Shown: in pieces, positions 48,915 to 60,579 of the stretch
How the letters are laid out: each line of letters opens with the position of its first letter
Numbering within the stretch: position 1 is the stretch's first letter
Origin: Laetmonice hystrix
Taxonomy: Eukaryota
Length of the DNA: 64,000 bases
NCBI GenBank assembly: GCA_965235115.1
Contig: OZ249438.1
Span: 6,510,001-6,574,000 of the forward strand
Direction of reading: 5' to 3'
Notes under the pieces: model-generated
The model's input: the letters and a program-made list of their open reading frames with translations, nothing else
Told to the model about the DNA's origin: nothing
Database searches by the model: none
Translations under genes and position numbers: made by a program

Positions 48915-51900
48915 TCATTCAATGTCTCCATTTAGAAGCAGGTCTTTAACTAGGCGTTTAAAAACACAGAAGTTCATATCATTAACAGTGGTCAGGATAT
49001 TACAAACATTGTTCCACAGTTTCACTCCAGCACACCTTATACATGAGGATTTAAGTTGATTTTTTGATATAGGTATATGCAACAAATTTGCTTGTCTTGT
49101 GTTATATGAATGTATAGTCACATTAACCTGATAGAAATCGTCAAATACATTTGGAAGCATTGAAGCATGATATTTGAACATAAATAGAAGTACCGTGTAC
49201 TTGTATATTTCAGAAAGTTGTAATATCTTTAGTTTTATAAAAACTTGTGAAATAGATTCAAATCGTTTTACTCCAGCCATGATCCTGATTGTCTTTTTCT
49301 GTAATTTAACAAGTGGTAATAATGTCGTGGCATTTGCGCCTCCCCATACCGTTAAGCAATAGGTGAAGTATGGATAAACAAAAGTGTAATACATATTAAC
49401 TAATGTTTCTCGATTAAGGTATTTTCTTGCTTTACGCAATATACCCATAGCTTTAGAAATTTTATTAGATAAGTAGTGCACATGTGACCTCCAAGATAAA
49501 TTTTCCTCCAATATAACTCCGAGAAACTTAATTTTTTCCACTTTAGAAACGTTATCATTGTTAATTTTGACAGGCAATTCTGTTCTGCAGTTTTTATGTT
49601 TCGGTCTAATAAGCATATAGTTAGTTTTCGTAACATTCAGGCATAATTTGTTTGCGTTCAGCCAATCATAAAGTAATGCTAATTTTTCATTCATGACTGT
49701 ACATAAATAGTGTTCATTTTTTCCATGAACAAAGACGTTTGTGTCGTCTGCAAACATAAGTAAAAATAAGTCTGGTGAGACATTTGCCATATCATTTACA
49801 TACATAAGGAACATCAAGGGTCCCAGAATGGACCCTTGCGGTACACCACAATTTACAACAGTTTCGGGCAAGGCAATTTTATTATATAATACTCTTTGCT
49901 TTCGGTTTGATAAATAATCTCTAAACCAGTCCAATGCAATCCCCCTGATTCCATAATGCTCTAATTTCTTTAACATAATATCGTGATTTACTGTGTCGAA
50001 TGCCTTTAAGAAATCTAAGAAAACACCTAATATTACTTCCCCTTTTTCAAGAGAGCTTATCAGCCTATCAAGTAGCAACAGCAGTGCCATTTCCGTTGAC
50101 CTTCTTTTTTGGAACCCGAATTGGTATTTATAAAGAATAGAGTTTGACCTGAGGAATGAAAAAAGTCTGTTATGCATAAGGCGTTCAAGTATTTTTGAAA
50201 ACACGGGAAGTACGGACACTGGTCTGTAATTTGTTAATTTATTTCTATCACCTGCTTTAAAGATAGGAGTTACATTAGCAATTTTCAATTCTGTGGGGAC
50301 AGCACCTTGTTCTAATGATAAGTTGAATATATACGTTAATGGATCTAGTAGTGGCGTGGACACCTTTTTTATCAATGTGGGTTTAAGATCGTCCCATTCT
50401 GCACTTACATCCTTTATTTTACTGATTATCTTGTTTATTTCTTTTTGACTGGTTGGATTTATGTAAAATGAATGTGGAGATCTTTCAGGAAGGAATGTTA
50501 ATGGATTGGTTTTAGTAATGGGTATTTTTTTAGATAAGCTTTGTCCAATATTTGTAAAGTATGTATTAAATGATTCAGCAACTTCTCGGTCTCCTTTAAT
50601 TGTTACATTATTGTGGATAAGTTCAATAGTTTTGTTACTATCGTTGTTGGTGTTAATTATTTGTTTAAGTATTTTCCAAGACTTTTTGAGATCGTGCTTG
50701 TTTTCGCTGAGTACATTTTGGAAATGATTGCGTTCTGCACTTCTAATCAGTTGAGTCAATTTATTTCGATATGTTCTGTAGTATTTCTCATCAACAGCTT
50801 TTGAGGTAGTCTTACTCCTTTGAAATAATTTATTTTTTACTCGAATTGACTTTTTAAGTCCTTCCGTTAACCATGGTTTTCTATTACGATACCTTTTCTT
50901 CACCCTTTTGAGCGGAAATCTATGTTTGAACTTGTCAGTTATTATATTTTGAAATTCAGAATATGCAGTTTGCACCCCATTGTGCTGGTAAATCACATTC
51001 CAGTCTGTGTTGACAAGGTCTTGTTTGAATCTTTCGATATTTTTTATACTGAAATCCCTTGTTAAGAAATATTCACTCTCATTTGATTTAGTACAGTAAT
51101 CTAGGATGGCGTATATTGGAAAATGATCCGAGACGTCCGACAGTATTATGCTATACTTATGTCTATCTAAGGCGACAATATCGTTGGTAAAAATATTGTC
51201 TATAAGTGTTGAGGAGGTGCTTGTTACTCTTGTCGGTTTCATGATTAATGGCAGGAATGAGTTCTCATACATCAGATTAAGGAAATTGTTACTTGATTCA
51301 TGATGTTCAACATTAAGCAAATTAATGTTGAAATCACCCATAATATAGCATACAGTATTCTCTCTCTTCATGTCAGTTAGGCACTGTGCAAAAGTTTCTG
51401 AAAATAAATCAATATTTGTGTTCGGCGGTCAGTATACAACTCCAAAAATCATATTCTCTTTTATACCAAAGTCCTCTCCCTTGATTTCAATGAATAAACA
51501 TTCTAAGTAGTTTGTGACCATGCTGATATCTGAGCGCACAACATACGGTATGTGGTCCCGTATAAAGAGTGACACACCACCACCCTGCTTGTCCTCTCTG
51601 TACAATCCCTCATGTTTGTATCCTTCCATACCATACCTTTCAAAACTATTTTTTCCAAGCCACGTTTCAGAATTTCCTATAATGTCAAACTTAAGTTTCA
51701 GATTTTCTAAAAGGATTTCAAGTTTATTGAGGTTTCGAGGAATGCTTCGGATATTGATATGTAATGTTGCCAACTTGTTACTTGAACATTTTACCAACTC
51801 ACGATTTAGGGATTCCTCAGAAACGTATTTACATGAAGTGATGATATTACTGCTATAATTATTCAGAAAATTGACATCAGGATCAATGTTTTCTAAAAAA

Positions 51901-52262
51901 TGATCCTCTTTTCTATCTATTTCATATGCAGGATAACACATATTCTCAATTTCTCTAAGTGTTATATTATTGTATAAGTGAATGTTTGTTTCGGTCATGG
52001 TAGCGTATTCATCATCATCCAAGTTTTGAAATGGCAAAGCTTCTCTTATACATACAGGGCAAATCCAGTTTGTACTTAGGCCTGCATGGATATAATCATC
52101 TTTTGTAAAAAATGGCAAACAACGTATATGGGTAGACTCTTGGCAGGCAGAACAGTTTAAGACAAGATCGTGTCTATTCAATCTCTTTTTACATAATTTA
52201 CAGGTATGACAGCCATCGTGTATTTGTTTAGAAATGCTCTTACTTTGTACTCCTATATACAT
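48915..52262 (-). CDS. LINE ORF2: PHD finger, APE endonuclease, RT; one in-frame TGA at 51429-51431
   Basis: CKLC..CSAC..THIRC..WICPVC; HINIRS..SETWL; VY*PPN; MGDFN; SDHFP; NYRPVSVL; FLDFLKAFDTVNH; GVPQGSILGP; FADDT; KFLGV. Confidence 0.93.
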
Positions 52263-52301
52263 ATTTACAGTTCATTCGCAAGCGTTCATGTATAGAACTA
52301 C

Positions 52302-53438
52302 TTATAGTCTGTCTAGTGCGGCGTGCCCACACCTCTCGATTAGTTCAAACCTCTTAGGGCCAATGTGTCTCCCTCCATACCATCGCGAAACTACCACAAT
52401 AACATTTGTTTTGTTTTGTTCCTTTAGCATCTTTAGTAGCTTACCACCAGCGCCATATTCGCCATCGTCTTTCATGCCTTCTTGTATTTTGTTTCCAGAG
52501 CCAAGCCGGTATGCGTAGATGTTATGTGTCGCACTTGCTACTAGACGATCCTCAAGTAGCTTAGCTAGTACCGGTGCCACACCCACGGTCTTGGAGAGTT
52601 TGGCACTGTGCCCCTGGAAAGTGCTGCCTCCCTCCGTATGGTGGTCTGTATGCAGAAGTTCCACATCGCGGGCTTTTTCCATGTCCTCCGGTGTAATGTC
52701 CGTGTGGTGATCTGGCACCATGTGAACTTGACCATTAATGACAAGTTTGTCACCGCGCCACGACACCCTGTTGTTGGCATCTCTTTTCGCATCTTTGTAT
52801 GTCTCCATCAGTCTCTTCCTTTTTTCCTGAACTTGAGCCGGAAGCTGCTTGTTCACCCAGTAGGTTTTACCAGCTAGGTTCCTTGCGTGTTTCATCACGA
52901 CATCCTTGCCTTTGGTGGAGTTAAATTTGGCCACAATTGGTCTATTCCCTCCACGTCGGTACCCCATTCTGTGGACTCTATCCATCGCAATCTCGTCGGC
53001 GTTTTGAATATCCATTTCTTGCTTCATGAACTGAACTAGCTTTCTTTCAGTTTCGTCATTGTTCTCATCTTGCGTTTCTGATATGCCTTTGAATACCAGG
53101 TTGTCCCGCATTGATCTAGAAGTTAGATCAGTGATCTCTTCTTCTTGGTTAGCCATCTTCACGCTCATACGTGCCACAATCCCCTCTGTCAGTTTTAACC
53201 TTTGTTCCATGCTTTTCATTTCTTGTCTCAGCTCCTGGTTTTCCGTGGTCAAGATTCCAACTGTGTGTTTGAGTTGTTTTAGATCGTCTTTCACCAAATC
53301 AACAAACTCTTTCAGTAGTGTTGACTGGTTCGCTTCTATTCCTGTAAGAATGGCTATGACGTCAGGGCTTTCGCTTTCTTCGTCCCCAGTCAGCTGTAGC
53401 GACTTGGGTCCCTTTGTTCTCCTTTGTTTGTCCGACAT
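52302..53438 (-). CDS. LINE ORF1: coiled coil, L1-ORF1-like RRM/CTD, C-terminal IMPACT/YigZ (UPF0029) domain
   Basis: Heptad region; RDNLVFKGI..DRVHRMG..RPIVAKF; then STFQGH..ASATHNIYAYR..DDGEYGAGGKLL..VIVVVSRWYGG..GPKRFELI. Confidence 0.9.
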   Translation of the reverse strand: MSDKQRRTKGPKSLQLTGDEESESPDVIAILTGIEANQSTLLKEFVDLVKDDLKQLKHTVGILTTENQELRQEMKSMEQRLKLTEGIVARMSVKMANQEEEITDLTSRSMRDNLVFKGISETQDENNDETERKLVQFMKQEMDIQNADEIAMDRVHRMGYRRGGNRPIVAKFNSTKGKDVVMKHARNLAGKTYWVNKQLPAQVQEKRKRLMETYKDAKRDANNRVSWRGDKLVINGQVHMVPDHHTDITPEDMEKARDVELLHTDHHTEGGSTFQGHSAKLSKTVGVAPVLAKLLEDRLVASATHNIYAYRLGSGNKIQEGMKDDGEYGAGGKLLKMLKEQNKTNVIVVVSRWYGGRHIGPKRFELIERCGHAALDRL

Positions 53439-53990
53439 GGTTCAAACAGTGGGCTTTGTGTATTGGACTTTTCGTTTCCTCAGGTCCAATCGTTGAGTTT
53501 CCAAGAATTCTTGAAATTTCCAGTTGTTACACTAAATGGAGCCACCAAACTGACACCAATAGAATCCTTGTATCCTTATATGTAATATGTATAGGTTTTG
53601 GAGTATAATGCCACACTAAAAGTGGTAGAAATCACACTGTAATCCGAGAGCAAGTAGAAGACGTGTACCCATGTGCGTAATCCGTAATCCGTCTGTGGTA
53701 GTTCAGCTCGAGGGGTGTGTGGTCCATATACCTTTGCCTGTACTGCAATGCCGTTCACTCGGTGTGACGTGCCCTTTTCTGTGAGAGTCTCCTCTAGTCT
53801 GTCGATATTGTCCCATGCAAGATTGGTTAACACATACGGCTTGATGGACGCTGGAAGTACAACGGTTTGATTACCTGCCATCTTCTGGAGACACAAAGCA
53901 GTGTCGTTTTCTTCCAACTGGGAGTAAGAGACACCATGCCCAAGCTTATTCAGCATTTGGATGAGCTCAACGTTTCCAGTCAACGTTTTA

Positions 53991-55380
53991 CAGGGATGAA
54001 AGTTTTCAGGAAATTTCCTGAAATCAGGAAATTTGAAAAAATCCCCCCCCCCCCCCCCCAAGAAATAACACCCAAAAAAGGAAATAGGCCTAGATCTATA
54101 GGCAAAAGAGGTAGGCCTAAGCCAAGGCTAAGTATTGCCCTGGACTGTGTGGTGGGCAATTTTATTTGTTAATATCAAATGAAACAATATCCCCTTCCAG
54201 GACGTTTTTTAACACCATGCAGCTTCAATATATCTCTACCTGCCCAAAGTTCGTTTATAGATGGGGGTATTAGTGTCTCAAACAAACCCGTCCAGTGTCA
54301 CGGGTGCCGCCGTGCATAGGCCGGTCTGCCGGGGGTGCTGGTGTACCGCCCGCGGTCCCTGTAGCTGTGGTCACATCGCTCACATAGACCGGCCCGCGTG
54401 GGCCCGTGTCGCTGTGGTGAGAGCGACTCCCCTCAGGTAATGACTTCAGGCAAAACTGATGGTCAGGCAGCTGCGAAGCCCGTTGATTCAGGCTTGCCAT
54501 TATGCCATATCCATGCGCGAGTTTTGCCTGAGCGCTCACTTAGTGATAGCAATGAGACTATAGACAGACCGGTCTGTCTAGTCCCGGCAATAGTGATTAG
54601 GCTGACGAACTACGCACCATCACAATGTCACTCCTCACAGGAAACTGGGTCAATTTAGTTCTATGAATCTGCCTAGTTCTCATAATGTTTTCTTGCATAT
54701 AAATTTGAGGATAATGGCATTACATATATAAGTGGTTTTCACTGAAGTTTTGGGGTTGTCAGGACTTTTGATTACATTTGTTGATCAGTGCAGGTGTCCT
54801 GATAAGACCGGAAATGACAATAATCACAACAACATGAGTGGCACATGGACACACGGGCTGAACCACTCGACTCAGCGACTGTGTTGCTTGGCTGAGAGCC
54901 GCTGAGGGTCGTGACTGCTGAGGGCCAAGACTGACGGACAGCCTGTGTGGTCAGTCCAACACATGGAAGCTGTTTGACAATGTAATCGGGTGCATTTTGG
55001 ACGCTAAAAGCCGACTGGATCCCAATGTTGGAGAGAGACGGCAGAGCCAGGCACTGAGTGACAGGCAAGCAACAGCCTTGAACAGGGGCATGGACTGATG
55101 AGTGATGGAGTCTATCCAGCAAATTTGCAGGGGTGGGGGTTGGGGGGTTGGGGGGGGTGGCGACTAAATACTGAGGGCTAGGCCCTATAATATATAATAG
55201 CTAGGAGGCCTTATCGGATCATGATTGTCTGCTGTTCCTAGCCTGACTTTTTTTAAGGGGGGGGGGGGGTAAGCCCCTTGGATGTGCGCATGAACAAATA
55301 TTAATTATGGACATTGGCCCCCGCCGCTGCCCCCCGGTCAGGATTTCAGGAAATTTTACAGCTGGCCACTTTCATCCCTG
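53991..55380. mobile_element. Non-autonomous hAT-like element (1390 bp) with a 6-bp TSD
   Basis: Perfect 13-bp TIR CAGGGATGAAAGT; GTTTTA at 53985-53990 and 55381-55386; removing it restores the host reading frame. Confidence 0.92.
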
Positions 55381-56745
55381 GTTTTAACTGCATATGGAAG
55401 AAGGAGATGTTTTGGTGGTTGATACTGGCCACATGTTACTGCATATATTAGATCCTGACTAATTGACTGAACAAGAGTGGTTACTCTTTCCGATTGTAAT
55501 TTTGCATCTGCATCTCCAGTCAGAAGTCCCAGAAGAAACCGCTCCAGCTTATTTGGAATTGAAATATGAGCATCACTATTCATATCAGATGGATGGCATG
55601 GCCACGGAGTGGATTTCATGTCTTGCCTAATTACTGAACAGATTTGTGCTGAGGACTGATCAATGATGTTGTTACTTGTTGCATTCGATGCCCAAACTCC
55701 CAGTTCCTGACGTATAATTTGATTTTCCAAGACTACATCCTTCAACGATACACTTTCTGGAACCACTAGCAACTTTCCTTTGTCATTTGGAAATATGTCA
55801 ATCGAATCTCCCAACTCATATTCCAATCTTCTTCGAATGTGCTTTTTGGTCGAATCCCTCATATGTCCGACCCTCAAGGTGAGTAATGATTCCAGCTTTT
55901 GCGTTAAGGACACCAATGTTACAATCTGTTTCTTTGGAGTGATTTCAGTCCTAATATACTCAAAAAGATTGTCATACGCTTCATTTTCAATCATAGTATA
56001 TCCATGGGTATCATTGACTTCCTGATTATTACATTGGTGCTCATTATTGTGTGACTTCGTATCTCTTGTGTAGTTTTTATAGCAGGAAACATGGTGGTAG
56101 TGTGCCTCTGCAGCCACAATGTCTCTACTGGTGAGTGCAAGAAGGGACTCGTCTCTCTTGCAAAGTGCACATTCTCTTAGTGTTTGGTCAGCTCTCAACT
56201 GTAAGGCTTGTGTCAGTTTTTCGCGTGTCTTGGAGCCTTTCTGAAACTTTACCTTCTGGCAGAAAATACACACTTGATCATACACCCTTGACTCTGATGA
56301 CGATCTTCTAGATGGTCTTTTAGATGAACATGTATAAATACAGTCTGACTCGTCATTAGGTTTCCTTTTTAGTGTCTCTAAATCCCTTTTCATGGTGAAA
56401 AGGCTTCTGCATTTACGATGATACAGAATCTGTGGAACTTCTTCTTCCTCAAGCTCTTGTGCTAAGTGTAGCAAAGCAGCATGGTTTCGAATCTTGGCGG
56501 CATTCAGTAAAGTTACCTAGGACTCATGACTCTGTGCACTGACTAACTTATCTTCTGTACATGTTGTCATATGTATGATACACTGCTCTCCATGGATTCT
56601 TGTGTTGAAGGGTTTCCATTCTGGCTATTTTCTAGAAAGCAATATTACCAAAATATCTGAAAAAAACCCACAAAAATCATAAGACTGCATAAACCCCACA
56701 GGCAGGGTAATGAAAAACTAAGGATGTGGTACAAATGAATGTTAA

Positions 56746-57067
56746 CCCTATGCCGGCGACGTTTGTTACGTCACAGTCGTCACAGAGGCTGACCCAGTTT
56801 TGTGCACCACCCCACGTGGGCGAGCCATTTTGGATTTTCGTCTCGAAAAACGTGATTTTGGGACACATAAAAGAAAATAGCAATCAATGTAATATGTAAG
56901 GGGGAGGAGTTAGTACATCTACTCGACAATTGTAGTTGGGTGATTGACAGTCTTTGCTATCAATGGGCTGGATTTACGTGGAGTGGTCGGAATAGACAAA
57001 AAAGTGCCTCAAGGCATCGTCCGCCCTGGCACGGTAATGCCTCAAGGCATCGTTCGCCCTGAAAGGG
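56746..57067. mobile_element. Possible TTAA-flanked (piggyBac-like) short element
   Basis: TTAA|CCCT...AGGG|TTAA, but the TIRs match only partly. Confidence 0.35.
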
Positions 57068-57427
57068 TTAATAATAATATCAGGAAGAAGAAGAAGAAGA
57101 AGATTTATTAGCTTGGTTGTACAACTAACTGCACGCCATGAGGAGACTACAACTGCCGTTTGAACGGTACATACGTAAAACACCAAGGGGACGGACAGGT
57201 TTTATGGAAGAAATATCAAGGTTTATATACTAGAACAGCATCTATAAAGTGAATATAAAATTACTTGCATGAAGGATAACACATACGTGTATGTGTAGGA
57301 TATTTATAATCTTTACGCCGGAGAGTTTATGGACGAATAATTAGAGGGGTAATCTTACCTGCAGCAAGGCCTGGCTTAGGTTTGACCCCCTCAACTGAGA
57401 TGAACTGTAGCCTACTACAGCATCTAT

Positions 57428-57692
57428 GGGTGGGTGGGTATTTGGGGTTTTACGCCTTGCAACAGCCAGGGTCATATCACGGCGGTGAAGATGATGATGA
57501 AAGTCAGTTTTTCTTGGTGGAGGAAACCGGAGTACCCGGAGGAAACCACCGGCCTTCAGGAAAGAAATGACTGACAAACCTTTCACACATGCAGCCCAGA
57601 CCAGGAATCGAACCCGGACCGCAGCGGTGTGAGGCGATGGTCATAGGTGTCATGAGCCAGCACCTTTGACCACTCGGCCACCCTAGGCCCCC
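57428..57692 (-). mobile_element. tRNA-derived SINE with a V-domain-like core
   Basis: A box TGGCCGAGTGG; B box GGTTCGATTCC; core GGTTTCCTCCGGGTACTCCGGTTTCCTCCAC; (ACCC)n tail; 13-bp TSD CTACAGCATCTAT (57415-57427, 57693-57705). Confidence 0.92.
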
Positions 57693-57870
57693 CTACAGCA
57701 TCTATAAAGTGAATATAACATTACTTTCGTGAAGTATGACGTGTATGTGTAGGATATTTATAATATATGTAATCTTTAGGCTGGAGGGTTTATGGAAGAA
57801 TAATTAGACTAGGGGTAATCTTACCTGCAGCAAGGTCTGGCTTAGGTTTGACCCCCTCAAGTGAGTCGAG

Positions 57871-58578
57871 CGTGCTCTGGCCGCCATGTTGCTTCGTGTC
57901 GCTGGGGCTTGTTTTACGTTTTTTCCCGGGGGGCGGCTCATCCTCGGATAATTCTCCCTCCTCCACTGAGAGAAGGCTTGTGTTACCGACTGCATCGATA
58001 ACATTTCCGGGATCGGGCTCCCCCTCTCCCGGCTCTGCAGCCGTGTCGTCGGCCACATACGCCTCGTACTCGGCGTCGAACTCCGCCTGTCGATCTTTCA
58101 TCGCCCTCGTGTCCATTTTCAGGCTGCTGAGTTGGTTGCCAAACCCTGCAATCAGGTTTGCTAGACTGTCCATTGACTTTTTAATGTTGCCGAACTCCTT
58201 CACCGTCTTCGGGCTCGTAGACTGGCCGCTGGCCTCCGATTCCGATTCGGAGACCGAATGCTCTCGAGCACGCCGGGCGTCGTGCACTGTGTTCTGCTTG
58301 GCCGGGCCAGCATCACTGCCGCCCGCCTCCGTGTTTGTCGGCCTCGTCTGCCGTGTCACGGCCCCCGTGGCCGTGTCCGCTGGCTTGTCCTCGGCCTCGG
58401 CCGACGTCTTTGCCAACTCTTTTTGTTTCTCTGAACGAGTCGCTCCTCGCGAGGATGCACCGGTTTTTGGGTCTTTCCCTTTCTTTGGCTCTAGCGCCTT
58501 AGGCTTAGGCGATTTCTCTTGGCCATGTGTTTTCCCAATGTCCGCCATGATGCCACTGAGCAGATCGGTCATTTTCAA
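57871..58578 (-). CDS. Low-complexity/coiled-coil ORF resembling a DIRS-type ORF1 N-terminus
   Basis: GC-rich open frame with a charged region, an amphipathic helix and EEGELSEDE..KKRK; runs into the repeat array. Compositional resemblance only. Confidence 0.4.
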
Positions 58579-60579
58579 ACTCCGCAGAGATTGAATGGCC
58601 TATAATCGTTAGTTAGCAAGCCGCAGGCTATACTATACAACTGTGCAAAGTCTGTCTTTAGGTCAGTTTACAACAAGACAACTTGACGTCTGCGTGGCTA
58701 TCCGAAACTCGTAAAAATCCAGTGAAAACTCGGAGCAAAAAAGACAATCTACCGCGTGTAGCGAAAGCTCACGTGCACTGATTCTCGGATGCTCACGTGC
58801 AATCTCGTGTGATCCTGCTCCCCACGGGATGACCAGGTAGAATTACTTTCATGAAGTAACATGTACGTGTATGTCTAGGATATTTATAATACATGTAATC
58901 TTTACGCCAGAGGGTTTATGGAAGACTAATGACAGACTAGGGCGTAATCTTACCTGCAGCAAGGCTATTTAAATTTACTTCCGTGAAGTATTACGTGTAT
59001 GTGTAGGATATTTATAATATATGTAATCTTTAGGCTGGAGGTTTTATAGAAGAATAATTAGACTAGGGGTAATCTTACCTGCAGCAAGGTCTGGCTTAGG
59101 TTTGACCCCCTCAAGTGAGATGAACTGTAGCCTACTACAGCATCTATAAAGTGAATATAAAATTACTTTCATGAAGTTAACACATGCATGTATTTATAAT
59201 AATGATGCCAGACTAAGTGTAGCAGCTAAACAATCCCCTAAATCAACAAAATGTTCTATGTGAATTAACCATCAACAGACTAATTTTACGAAACGCGTCA
59301 TTCAAATTATTTTGAGGATGTAAAATCCAGTGTATACCTGTTTGTAATACTATTTGAATAGGCCTAATTTACAACTGAGAATAGGATATAGGAAATATTA
59401 TTTTCATAGGGCCTTATATTAGGAGGGAGGCAGGGAGGCTGGCAAGGAGGCCGGCAGGGAGGCCAGCAGAGAGGGGGGTAGGGAATGAGAGGGAGGCAGG
59501 GTCGAGAGGCAGGGATTCGTCATAGCTGTAAAGTTCTATAGGCCTATTTCGACTAGGCTATACACTGTCACAGTATAGGCCTAAAATCATTTGCTTCTTA
59601 GACTAAACTTTGAACCAGTAGGTCCCCTATGCATGGCCCGATGTATGTAATCATTAAAAACGGGGGGGGGGGGGGCATTAAATTGTTTTATCTTGTTATT
59701 GCTAATGAGCACTGTTGCCAGATTTCTCTATTCATACGTAGGCCTAGGACCTAGGCTAGACTCATGATTGTATCTGACTAAGTTAAGTGAACGTAGCAGT
59801 CGCCTTGATCTATCAGTCTCGAATGTAAACAATTAGCAGACGACGATGTCCATTTCTTTTATAGCTAGGTCTAATATTGTGTTCCTGGGACATTAAGATA
59901 TATTTGAAATATTGATGTATATCTTTCTTTTTCAAATAATACGTCAAAGTGAAAGTTAAAGTTGAAAGGTTGGCAGATAGTGCAGGCTAAGCGTTTGTAG
60001 GTAGTGGTTCAGTTCGGTATGTAACCATAAGGTTGGTGATCTACGTGAAGTCCATCAGTGAGACAGGTGCAACTCTAGGTGGGCGTGCACTAGAGTGACT
60101 AGAGTGTCCATGCGGGGTGATGAAGAGGTGAAGCACTGTGGATGCCGGGTATGGGGGGCCCCACAAGTTTAGAGGCCAAAACTAGAGGACCGCTGTGGTG
60201 CAGGCAGCCGTGGTGACATTGGAGAACTCAGCAGAACCAACTGGACAGGGAGTACACATAGTGGACCCAGGTTCTGCAACAATCACTTAAAAGAAATGTT
60301 ATAGTAACCGACGAACATTTCTCTCACAGGTCACACAACTTGTTAAAATTTACTGTTTAAATTATTACCCCAGTAGAATTACACTAGAATTAACTGTGTG
60401 CCAAAAAAAATTACCCGACAGGCAACTGATTATATAAAGTCCCCAAGAGTGTTTATAAAAATTAGCATCATAGATGCCCCCTTCCCCTGCTAAATTTAGA
60501 AACTATGTTTCTATGCCAATGATCAGTGTGGCTAAGGACAGGACGGGCTAGCATGGGGGGGGGGTCAGATTGGCCATGA

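Larger units (their letters stand above)
48590..53690 (-). mobile_element. Full-length CR1/L2-group LINE (5.1 kb)
   Basis: 5' UTR, ORF1, ORF2, 3' UTR with AATAAA. Both ends are defined by the host frame rejoining (LPQ|TKKQRS) with a 2-bp AC overlap. Confidence 0.9.
48376..56620 (-). pseudogene. Unclassified DNA-transposon-like ORF in three pieces (56620-55381, 53990-53691, 48589-48376)
   Basis: Frame rejoins across the insertions: ..LLLPYAVKT|LTGNVELI..LAWDNIDRLEETL..GTSHRVNGIAVQ..RAELPQ|TKKQRS..KNLSWFLARQ..QAVPSWTGFNI. N-terminus has CIFC and AAEAHYH..CYKNY. Confidence 0.7.
57232..59190. repeat. Tandem array of a unit of about 195 bp (4-5 copies), interrupted by a SINE and a gag-like segment
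   Basis: GGGGTAATCTTACCTGCAGCAAGG near 57347, 57812, 58943 and 59067; flanking CTACAGCATCTATAAAGTGAATATAA and GTGTATGTGTAGGATATTTATAAT blocks. Confidence 0.85.

Noticed and set aside
57848-58594. 248-aa plus-strand ORF
   Set aside because: Antisense of the GC-rich minus-strand ORF; no recognisable motif.
60210-60305. Possible THAP C-terminal remnant (SRTNWTG..RFCNNH)
   Set aside because: Too short and degenerate; no N-terminal Cys pair found.
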